64,000 bases of DNA, from NCBI GenBank assembly GCA_009786535.1, contig WQRX01000018.1:8513-72512 (forward strand), in the 5' to 3' direction. Positions within the stretch are counted from its first letter, which is position 1. The number at the start of each line of letters is the position of its first letter. The notes below the pieces were generated by a model that saw only the letters and a list, made by a program, of their open reading frames with translations, searched no databases and was not told where the DNA came from. Below, one piece after another: positions 7,621 to 15,392 of the stretch. The position numbers were made by a program, and so were the translations under genes. This DNA comes from Defluviitaleaceae bacterium. GTDB taxonomy: Bacteria > Bacillota > Clostridia > Lachnospirales > WQUN01.

Positions 7621-8523
7621 TTACAAAACAATATTAAAATTATCTGCAACAAAATTGCGGATTATCTCTTTATACCTATACATTTTATACATTTCAAACG
7701 AATAGTACACTTGCTTGAATAAGCTTAAACTCCCATCCCTATCACCAATATCGAATAAACAACATGCTTTATTCGATGTGATTTGCGGTAACATATACGT
7801 GTCATATGTTTTTATGCAGATATCAATTCCTTTATCACATAGAGGAATTGCTTCTGTTTGTCTATTCATATCCCGCAAGTAACTAGTGAGATTAAATACT
7901 AAAGTAGGATAGTGCCGACCTAGATAACGCGGGTCGGCACAATTGTTTTCAAAATTACGCATCAAAGCGAGCATAGTATTAACTGCATCATCTCGCTTAC
8001 TGCTTTCCCAACGGACAAGGGATAGCTGGTTTATTAATATTATGTCGTTGCTTGTTAATAGATATTCTTCAATTCGCTTTTCGTCAAAATTGGGAATACT
8101 CATTTTTAATGCCCGGTCAACCATTTTAATAATTTTTGCAGGCGATTCTTCATTAATAATCGCAATAGCAGCCTTTGAGCGCAAAATGTATTGACGGTTA
8201 ATCGTTTTATACATAAAATCATCGTTTGCTTCCAACTCTGCCACAAGCTGGGTAGCTGTAACCGTATTTCGTGCAGATAAGCTAGCTTCAACCTCATTCT
8301 TCCGTTGCCATTCATCGGTAGGCAGTATATCCGCACTATACCCCAACCGTTCAATCAACTGCACCAGCGTATCATACGAGCAGGAGATTTTCCCCGTTTC
8401 AATTTTGCTTAGTGAATCACGGCGTCCAATTATTCCGTCTGCCAATTCGCTTTGGGTTAGCCCCCGCTGCTTACGCGCCTTTTTAATAAACGTACCTACA
8501 TCCATGTTGCCGATTTTTACCAA
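7621..8523 (-). CDS. XRE-family HTH regulator with a C-terminal helical-repeat (TPR/Rgg-PlcR-like) domain
   Basis: 300 aa. N-terminus: FIKKARKQRGLTQSELADGI...SLSKIETGK (HTH_XRE). The remaining ~230 aa are helical-repeat-like (Leu/Tyr/Asn-rich). The size and architecture match PlcR/Rgg-type receptors. TTG start at 8523 with AAGGGGG 8 nt upstream. AT-rich gene. Confidence 0.75.
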   Translation of the reverse strand: MVKIGNMDVGTFIKKARKQRGLTQSELADGIIGRRDSLSKIETGKISCSYDTLVQLIERLGYSADILPTDEWQRKNEVEASLSARNTVTATQLVAELEANDDFMYKTINRQYILRSKAAIAIINEESPAKIIKMVDRALKMSIPNFDEKRIEEYLLTSNDIILINQLSLVRWESSKRDDAVNTMLALMRNFENNCADPRYLGRHYPTLVFNLTSYLRDMNRQTEAIPLCDKGIDICIKTYDTYMLPQITSNKACCLFDIGDRDGSLSLFKQVYYSFEMYKMYRYKEIIRNFVADNFNIVL

Positions 8524-8611
8524 TGCATTACCCCCTTTTCACCCTGCGCCCTTAGCCACAGGTTGGATAGGGGCATATGATAGCACAATTCCAATTTATA
8601 ATCATGGTAAT

Positions 8612-8652
8612 AAAAACAGGACTGTATCAGTCGCATAATACAGTCCTGTTTT
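8612..8652. terminator. Bidirectional rho-independent terminator (sipL-like gene / regulator boundary)
   Basis: AAAAACAGGACTGTAT (8612-8627) pairs with ATACAGTCCTGTTTT (8638-8652). There are T-runs after the stem on both strands. It is located 23 nt downstream of the stop at 8675. Confidence 0.7.
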
Positions 8653-8674
8653 GTTGTATTGGGAGTAACGCGTT

Positions 8675-10234
8675 CTACCCGCGCTTTAGCACCAGCAGGC
8701 GCTGCCCGCTATGCAGCTTTGTATTTGCTTCAATGTCATTTACGGCAAGCAATTCGTCCAGCGGGGTATTGTATTTCTTTGCAATTTTCCACAGGGTGTC
8801 ATTGGGCTTGGTTACGTACACGGTCATGGACGCCATGTGATTGGACGCTTCCGGGTCAAGGTCGGCGAAGGTGATATTGTTAATTATACGCGCCTCTTCT
8901 TCTTCGATAACCTGCGTATTGAAGGTGAGCATAAAACGCACCTCTGTTTCGCGGGGGGAAAGCATGTTGAAGGTGGCGTGGTCTATAGACGTATCCACAC
9001 TTACGCGCATGTGGGGCAGTGTGCCCTTTGCCTCAATTACCTGGCGGAAGGGTACGATGGTGCGGTAGCTGCCCAGCGGTTGCGCATCGCTTTCGGCAAC
9101 GTAAAGGATATCGGTGGTGATAGCGCCCTCTACCACTACTTTGTCCTCGAGGGTTTTTATCTCGTCAAGGTATGCCTGCCCACGCACGCGGAACACTTGC
9201 AGCATGTCGGGGGCATCCGTACCCAGTGTTACCATTTCCTTTACGGGTGTTTGGTTGCGGTTAAGGCAAATAAGGCGCGGCACACGAATGGTTGTTTTTT
9301 CCAACTGCAATTGCTTTTCGGTGCTGTAGGCGTCCTCTAAAATGGAAAGGGTATCGGTGGCGTACACCTTGGTTTGCACGCCCATGGTAAGGTCAAGCTC
9401 GATTACGCGGTCTTCCCCGTCGTCATTGGGGATAATGCGGGCTTGGTTTTCCAACACTTGCAGATGAACATCGCTAAACATATCCTCCCGCGCGGCGGAA
9501 ATGTCAATTGCGCCGTTAAAGGGAATGGTATTTTCAATAAATTCGATAACGCTTTCGTCCGTATCGCCGCGGTAAAGGGTGGTGATAAGCAGCTCGCCGG
9601 AGAGGGTAACCCGCCCGTTTGCAATGCGCTCGTCGCGGTTGGCAACCTGCGCCGTAGTAAGCAGAATTTCGCGCATATTGGGCTTGCCCGTGGCAAGGGC
9701 AATTTTTTCGTTAATCGTGAAGCGCTCGTGTTTATGCTCAATTGTACGGTTAATCACGAGGGGTGACTTTAACAACTGATTTTCGGGGATATCGGCGATA
9801 TGTATTGCCATTTCATGCGCATCGGATTTTTCCGCCTGCACGGTCACGTTTACAATAGCGCGGAAACTCACCTTTCGGTCGTTTAGCAAACGGTAATCGC
9901 AGTTGGTAATTTGCGCGGTTGCACGCACCCACATGTCCTTGTTTACGCCTTCAAGGTTAATAAAATCGTCCACATTATGGTCGTGGGTAAGCACATGCAC
10001 GGGTTTGTCGGCGGCTTTGGCTATGTAAAGCACGTTTAAGCTCAACCGCCCCATAAAGTTTACTCGGTCGGTCGAAATTTCGGTACGGTCGATGATGATG
10101 CGCTCTTCCGTTTGCAACAGCACCTGCATGTCGGGCTTTGCATCGGGTACGATAATTTCCCCCTCCAGCAACAATTGCTGCTGCTCTGTGCCTACGCTTT
10201 GGTCGAGAAAGACCTGCTCCTTCATAAATTCCAT
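8675..10234 (-). CDS. sipL: Sporulation protein with DUF3794-type repeats and a C-terminal LysM domain (SipL-like, SpoIVA partner)
   Basis: 519 aa. C-terminal LysM: YVTKPNDTLWKIAKKYNTPLDELLAVNDIEANTKLHSGQRLLVLK. The size and architecture match clostridial SipL. It is adjacent to veg. SD AAAGGAG lies upstream of ATG 10234. Confidence 0.6.
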   Translation of the reverse strand: MEFMKEQVFLDQSVGTEQQQLLLEGEIIVPDAKPDMQVLLQTEERIIIDRTEISTDRVNFMGRLSLNVLYIAKAADKPVHVLTHDHNVDDFINLEGVNKDMWVRATAQITNCDYRLLNDRKVSFRAIVNVTVQAEKSDAHEMAIHIADIPENQLLKSPLVINRTIEHKHERFTINEKIALATGKPNMREILLTTAQVANRDERIANGRVTLSGELLITTLYRGDTDESVIEFIENTIPFNGAIDISAAREDMFSDVHLQVLENQARIIPNDDGEDRVIELDLTMGVQTKVYATDTLSILEDAYSTEKQLQLEKTTIRVPRLICLNRNQTPVKEMVTLGTDAPDMLQVFRVRGQAYLDEIKTLEDKVVVEGAITTDILYVAESDAQPLGSYRTIVPFRQVIEAKGTLPHMRVSVDTSIDHATFNMLSPRETEVRFMLTFNTQVIEEEEARIINNITFADLDPEASNHMASMTVYVTKPNDTLWKIAKKYNTPLDELLAVNDIEANTKLHSGQRLLVLKRG

Positions 10235-10264
10235 GTATAATCGCTCCTTTTAATAATTTCGCAA

Positions 10265-10299
10265 ATAAAAAACTTCCGTCACATCTTATGACGGAAGTC
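10265..10299 (-). terminator. Rho-independent terminator of veg
   Basis: The minus strand reads GACTTCCGTCA-taagatg-TGACGGAAGT followed by TTTTTTATTT. It lies 19 nt after the veg stop. Confidence 0.8.
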
Positions 10300-10317
10300 T
10301 GTTAAATATGCTTTTAA

Positions 10318-10560
10318 TTATTCGCAGAGGGTTATCTCTACGGTGTTGGTCAATACATCGGTATAGCTGAAGGAAAGTTTACGCGAGGTATCGGGACCTT
10401 CGCTTAGCTGTACCGTGAAAATGCTGGGGTACACATTTGACACCACACCTCGGTTTATTACGGATTTTTGGCGGCCTTTGTTGGTTTCCAGCTTCACCTT
10501 GCTGCCAATAATTTTTTGAATATCGTTACGCACGTGGAAAACATCGCTTCTATCATACAT
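10318..10560 (-). CDS. veg: Veg (DUF1021) protein
   Basis: 80 aa. IQKIIGSKVKLETNKGRQKSVINRGVVSNVYPSIFTV matches the Veg family pattern (GGRRK...G.L...YPSVF). Confidence 0.85.
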   Translation of the reverse strand: MYDRSDVFHVRNDIQKIIGSKVKLETNKGRQKSVINRGVVSNVYPSIFTVQLSEGPDTSRKLSFSYTDVLTNTVEITLCE

Positions 10561-10730
10561 TACGCTTCACCTCTCCTATCGTATATTTATCACACTTTTA
10601 TCGACTCAATTTTCCTATTCAATTTTTCCTCCCAGCGTATTTTGCAACGGTATAAGCTTACCAAATATTAAATAATTTGTCAAACCTGTGTAACAGACAT
10701 TTAACAATCGTGTAATAATTTTATTAAATT

Positions 10731-12083
10731 CTACGTTTCGCCAAAAAGTGACATTAACACATCTTCCAAACCCAGCATTTTGCAAATTTTTAACGCATCC
10801 TGCGGGGGCGGCGCGTCATGCGCAACCGAAAGCAGTCGATAATCCATGCACAAACTGTTCCCTCTAGGCGTACTCAACCCCGCCACCTGATAGTGAGAAA
10901 ATACGGGCGAGCATACCCCGTCATAATGCGTAGTAATTACGCTTACCGAATCCGTTTTAGCCAGAAAACCGGCCGCCGCCTTTACAATGGCAGCGCCTTC
11001 GGTAGGGTTTGTACCGCGGGCAAATTCGTCGAATGCAATAAATAATTTTTCGTTAGGCAATCGGGCGGAAATTTCGGCAAATTTTTTCATCTCCGCGCCA
11101 AAGCTGGAAAGCCCGCGCCCAATGTCCTGCATGTCCTCACTAAGCAGATACACATCGTCAAAAATTGGGCATTCCATTTTTTCCGCAAACACATAAAACC
11201 CAAGCTGGCACAGCAAAATGTTAAGCACCGCCGTTTTTAACGCAACGCTTTTACCACCCATGTTAGCGCCCGTTATCACCGTTGTGCCTCTATTAAATAC
11301 AACAGAAACACGGGTCATAAGGTTGCCCGAATGCGCAATTTTTTCTTCGACATAGGGGTTGTACATGTTTTCAAGCACAAGGATGCCTTCGCGGAAAATT
11401 TGGGGCTTAACCGCGCCCGTTTCCCGCGCCGACAGCGCCTTCGCCAGTGTAAAGTCCAGCTTGCCAACCGCGTCCATATTTGCCAAAAAATCGGGGACAA
11501 ACACACGCAGCGCCATGCTTAGCACAGCAAGTATGCGCCCTTCCTCTGCAACCTCCTGCTCTACCGCTGCGGTACGGGCTGCGGTATTTTGCTGTGCCTC
11601 CGCGCGGGATTTTTCCTCACGAATTTTCCGCAATTCGGGGGAATCCAAGGCAAACGACGCAAGGCGTAGCCCGTCTGCGTCCAATATTTGCAAGGCTTCC
11701 CCCATGGGGGTGAAGTGTATGTCCGTTAATGCTTCGCCCAATTTCCCCAGTGCCAGATGTAATTTTTCATACGCCAGCAAAAATTGCTTAATTTCAAATA
11801 GCTCCACCTGTGTAAGCGTATAGACCTTGCATTTTTCCACACAACCGCGAATATTTTTAAGCTGCATAAGCTGTAGCATAATTACATCCATTTCCAGCGG
11901 TCTTTGCGCAAGTAAATACAGCATTTTTTCAATGTTTTCGAGGCAAACAAAAACCCCTTCGCGGGTACGTATTGGGGCGAGCTGCTTCATCTTCTCCGCA
12001 CCGTAGGGGGAATGCAAAATTAAATTGTTTAAGACATAACTGAATCCAATTGCTTCCAATTGCTTTGCGTCCAGCTGGAACAT
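10731..12083 (-). CDS. MutS-related ATPase (MutS domain V only), last gene of the lysine-fermentation operon
   Basis: 450 aa. Walker A ITGANMGGKSVALKT, then FDEFARGTNPTEG and TTHY. There is no mismatch-binding or Smr domain. It starts 4 nt after the upstream gene. Confidence 0.75.
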   Translation of the reverse strand: MFQLDAKQLEAIGFSYVLNNLILHSPYGAEKMKQLAPIRTREGVFVCLENIEKMLYLLAQRPLEMDVIMLQLMQLKNIRGCVEKCKVYTLTQVELFEIKQFLLAYEKLHLALGKLGEALTDIHFTPMGEALQILDADGLRLASFALDSPELRKIREEKSRAEAQQNTAARTAAVEQEVAEEGRILAVLSMALRVFVPDFLANMDAVGKLDFTLAKALSARETGAVKPQIFREGILVLENMYNPYVEEKIAHSGNLMTRVSVVFNRGTTVITGANMGGKSVALKTAVLNILLCQLGFYVFAEKMECPIFDDVYLLSEDMQDIGRGLSSFGAEMKKFAEISARLPNEKLFIAFDEFARGTNPTEGAAIVKAAAGFLAKTDSVSVITTHYDGVCSPVFSHYQVAGLSTPRGNSLCMDYRLLSVAHDAPPPQDALKICKMLGLEDVLMSLFGET

Positions 12084-12087
12084 GTTT

Positions 12088-12978
12088 TTAACACATCCTT
12101 AACACATCATACACGGGCAGCTTTACCGCTTCGCGCATTTGCGCCAAAAATTCCGCCCCGTCGTACCCTGCGTGGTAGGGCGATGTCGGGTTTACCGTAA
12201 CGACGACCAACTGTACGGGATAACGCACCGCAAGGGAAATACCCTTAATGCGCAGTTTTTCAACCATTGCAGGGGTTAGGAATATTTTGCTCGCATCGTC
12301 GGCGATTAAGCAAGTATTTTGTTTTTCTGCAGCGAGGTATGTTTGCGCGTGGCTGTCCGTAACCGCGCCAAGCAGATGAATATTTTTTACATCGGGTGCG
12401 TCATGGTACAAGGGAAGGCTTAGCATTTCTACCGCGTGCTTTGTTTCGGTTATTGTTTTTTGCATACTTCGGCTCACACTTGCGCCCGTACATAAAATTG
12501 TTGCATCGGTAACCGCGGGGCTTGCGGAAGATTTGCGGCTTATTGCGCCGTCCACCAAAATTTTATCGCAGGGAAGCGCAAGCATGAGCCGCAGCAGTTG
12601 CTTCATTTGCGCGGTTATGGACGCCCCGCCGATTTGCACAAACCCGCCGGAAAGCGCACGCACAATAACCACGCGCCCCAACGGCGTGTGAAAATCGGTC
12701 ACGCATATAACTTCTTTGGTAATGTCACACAGGGGAAGCAACCCTTCGGCGGTGGCGATAATTGTCCCCCGCGTTACGAAAATTTCGGGCTTATTCGTGT
12801 GCGTTACCAAATCCGTTTTTTCCCCGTCACGCCCAATACCCGTTAAACCAAGGGTGAAATTTTCCGCTTCTTCTCGGCGGAATGCTTCCGCCAAAAAATT
12901 AAGCACCGTCGTTTTCCCCACATTTTTCGCCATACCCACCAGCGATATTGTGCGGAAGTTTTTCAATAGTTCAACCAT
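12088..12978 (-). CDS. P-loop NTPase of unknown function, paired with the MutS-like gene
   Basis: 296 aa. N-terminal Walker A: SLVGMAKNVGKTTVLNFL. It overlaps the upstream gene by 8 nt. Confidence 0.6.
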   Translation of the reverse strand: MVELLKNFRTISLVGMAKNVGKTTVLNFLAEAFRREEAENFTLGLTGIGRDGEKTDLVTHTNKPEIFVTRGTIIATAEGLLPLCDITKEVICVTDFHTPLGRVVIVRALSGGFVQIGGASITAQMKQLLRLMLALPCDKILVDGAISRKSSASPAVTDATILCTGASVSRSMQKTITETKHAVEMLSLPLYHDAPDVKNIHLLGAVTDSHAQTYLAAEKQNTCLIADDASKIFLTPAMVEKLRIKGISLAVRYPVQLVVVTVNPTSPYHAGYDGAEFLAQMREAVKLPVYDVLRMC

Positions 12979-13567
12979 GCGCCGCTTGCCGTGCGTATAT
13001 CGTCATGCGTGTGCCGTCGTCTTTTACTAAAATATCCTTGGGCATTTTACGCATCAAAACAGACATATAAAAATCCCCCGCCGCACCCCCTATATTAACC
13101 ACTTGCAAGATATAGATATCCCAAAACCAAGTGCGTGGCAAAAACAACAGTAAGCCCACAAATACAAAACTGTGCAAAACCACAGGTGCAAGGGTAATAA
13201 TAATATATTGCTTTTTATTAAAATACCCCTCGCTCGCGGCATAAGCAGCATACCCCACAAAACCAAACCGTATTTTTGCGTCGGAAAATATTTTCATAAA
13301 CAAACCATGTACCAGCTCGTGGGAAACAAAACAAACCATCACACATAAAAATAAGGCACCAGAAAGCACTGCCCTAGACACATACAGCCCCAACCCAAAG
13401 GACGCGGGTTGAATAAACCAGCCCAATAAAAGAAAAGGCGCAGCTAGGGCGGTTGCCGCAAGTGAGAATAAAATTATACTCTTTGCGTTTTTCCCAAAAT
13501 TTACATGCCAAAATTCGGTATAACCGGGGGGGAGCGTGTGAACACCCCGTTTGTTTTCCGGGTTCAT
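12971..13567 (-). CDS. DUF3267-like membrane protein with an HExxH motif (putative zincin)
   Basis: ORF track 12971..13651. The ATG at 13567 (MNPENK) avoids overlap with the upstream gene. It has several TM segments and an HELVH motif. Confidence 0.6.
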   Translation of the reverse strand: MNPENKRGVHTLPPGYTEFWHVNFGKNAKSIILFSLAATALAAPFLLLGWFIQPASFGLGLYVSRAVLSGALFLCVMVCFVSHELVHGLFMKIFSDAKIRFGFVGYAAYAASEGYFNKKQYIIITLAPVVLHSFVFVGLLLFLPRTWFWDIYILQVVNIGGAAGDFYMSVLMRKMPKDILVKDDGTRMTIYARQAAHG

Positions 13568-13581
13568 TGCATTCTGACCTC

Positions 13582-13998
13582 TCACTTCGGCGGCATAACC
13601 AGCGCTTCGCCTGCGATAATGTCCTTGCCGTCTTGGTTGGTTACCTTGCATTCAATAACGGCGCGGTTTTTCTCGGTAATAAGCTCCTTCACCGTGCAAA
13701 CCACGGTCAATGTATCGCCGAAGTATACGGGTGCCAGGAATTTTAAATCTTGCTTCATGTAAATCGTGCCGGGACCGGGCAGCTGCATTCCCAGCACAGC
13801 GGAAATTAAACTGCCGCAGAGCATTCCGTGGGCAATACGCCCTTTAAACATGGAATTTTTCGCATATTCCTCGTTAATGTGGGCAGGGTTAAGGTCGCCC
13901 GTAATGCCCGCAAATTGGTATACATCCGCTTCGCTGATAGTCTTTGCAAAGGACGCGCTTTGCCCTACAGTCATTTCTTGAATCGTTAAACCCTTCAT
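13582..13998 (-). CDS. MaoC-like (R)-specific enoyl-CoA hydratase (hot-dog fold)
   Basis: ATG at 13998 (MKGLTIQEM). FAGITGDLNPAHINEEYA and GRIAHGML are MaoC/PhaJ signatures. The ATGA overlaps the kamE stop (13995-13998). Confidence 0.8.
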   Translation of the reverse strand: MKGLTIQEMTVGQSASFAKTISEADVYQFAGITGDLNPAHINEEYAKNSMFKGRIAHGMLCGSLISAVLGMQLPGPGTIYMKQDLKFLAPVYFGDTLTVVCTVKELITEKNRAVIECKVTNQDGKDIIAGEALVMPPK

Positions 13999-14726
13999 AC
14001 TAAATGCCTCCTCGTTATTTCCTGCACCGCAAAGGATGCCACATCTTCGGAATATTTGCCAACGCCAAAGCCTGCGTCGTAGCCCAGCTCCTTCGCCAGT
14101 TCGTGGGTAATTCGCGCCCCCCCGCATATGAGAATTACGCGCTCGCGCAACCCTTCGGCTTCCAACAATTCTACCAGCTCGGTCAAGTTTGCGATGTGAA
14201 TGTCCTTTTGCGTAACGGTTTGACTTACCAGCAGTACATCGGCGTTAAGCTCACGGGCGCGTTTTATAAACTCCTCGTTAGGCACTTGACTGCCCAAATT
14301 GTGGGCTTCCACCATCTCGTAGCGTTCAAGCCCGTAATGCCCCGCAAAGCCCTTCATATTCATAATCGCGTCAATGCCCACGGTATGGGCGTCCGTTCCC
14401 GTAGAAGCACCGACAAACACGACGGGACGGCGAATATTCTCCCGAATATACGCGGAAATACCCTGCATGTCCATCACATCGCCTTCCACGGCTTGCACTT
14501 GAATCGCATCATAGTTAATCGTGTGCGAAACACTGCCATACACTACATAAAAAGTAAAACCGCCGTCCAGCGTTTTGCGATGGGCAACATTGGGCGCGTT
14601 AATACCCATTTTCTGTGCAAGCAGCTTTGCCGCTTCCGCGCCCTTGTCGTCATTTGTCACAGGCAAGGTAAAGGAAAGCTGTACCTTGCCGTCGTTTAAC
14701 GTATCGCCGTAGGGGGAGATATTCAT
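13995..14726 (-). CDS. kamE: Lysine 5,6-aminomutase beta subunit (B12-binding)
   Basis: 243 aa. B12 base-off motif DAHTVG within VGASTGTDAHTVGIDAIMN. Rossmann-like C-terminal half. Operon context with kamD. Confidence 0.9.
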   Translation of the reverse strand: MNISPYGDTLNDGKVQLSFTLPVTNDDKGAEAAKLLAQKMGINAPNVAHRKTLDGGFTFYVVYGSVSHTINYDAIQVQAVEGDVMDMQGISAYIRENIRRPVVFVGASTGTDAHTVGIDAIMNMKGFAGHYGLERYEMVEAHNLGSQVPNEEFIKRARELNADVLLVSQTVTQKDIHIANLTELVELLEAEGLRERVILICGGARITHELAKELGYDAGFGVGKYSEDVASFAVQEITRRHLV

Positions 14727-15340
14727 GGGCTGCCTCTTTTCATTTTATTCATGTCATATTCGTCTCGTGTCAAACGATAATGAAATTCCAAGCCATCTTC
14801 TTCGGGGTCGTTCTCAGATGGGTACTTTGAGAAGAGGTGAAATCCATTTTTTTGAAATATCCGACCGCTTCTCTTGTTATAATCACCCGTTATGCCATAA
14901 ATAATATCAGTTTTTTCGTTGTTGAAAGCTAAATTAATTAACATTTGCACAATGACTGACCCTATTCCCCTATTCCAATATGATTTTTCACCAATTAAAA
15001 TATCTATTCGTCGTATATCAGTGGACGCAGGATATTTATCAACGATATAATGCAGTGTCATTTTACAAAGTAAACATTCACCAATGGCTGTTCCGTCTAT
15101 TTCAATTAAAAAACAATAACCCGAGTTAGAGGTTTCTTGATAAATTATTTGCACTGCTTCATTGTCGTTGTCATTCGGGTCTGCATCGGGGCCCTCATTC
15201 CAGTAAAGCACTTCAGGGTCTGTGTTCCACTTATACAAAAGAGGCAAATGGTCATCGCTAAGGGGACGCAAGGTGATAGTATGTTCTCTCAATGCCTCAT
15301 GCAGAATTACATTATGTTCCTTGATTATATTGTTTTTCAT
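14723..15340 (-). CDS. GNAT N-acetyltransferase (AAC(6')-Ib / Acetyltransf_8-like pattern) inserted between kamD and kamE
   Basis: 205 aa. ITLRPLSDDHLPLLYKWNTDPEVLYWNEG and SYWNRGIGS...NKRSGRIFQKNGF. Markedly AT-richer than its neighbours. Its stop TGA overlaps the kamE ATG (ATGA at 14723-14726). Confidence 0.75.
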   Translation of the reverse strand: MKNNIIKEHNVILHEALREHTITLRPLSDDHLPLLYKWNTDPEVLYWNEGPDADPNDNDNEAVQIIYQETSNSGYCFLIEIDGTAIGECLLCKMTLHYIVDKYPASTDIRRIDILIGEKSYWNRGIGSVIVQMLINLAFNNEKTDIIYGITGDYNKRSGRIFQKNGFHLFSKYPSENDPEEDGLEFHYRLTRDEYDMNKMKRGSP

Positions 15341-15392
15341 ATAATCCGATTGCCTCCTTTAAAGACCTAATATAAATTTTATTTAACCTCTT

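Noticed and set aside
8577-8840. Possible SHP-like hydrophobic peptide ORF divergent from the XRE/TPR regulator (MIAQFQFIIMVIK...)
   Set aside because: Its SD-like AGGGG is only 3 nt from the ATG. The frame runs straight through the bidirectional terminator hairpin and into the antisense of the sipL-like gene. The 57-aa ORF at 7443 is a much better pro-peptide candidate.
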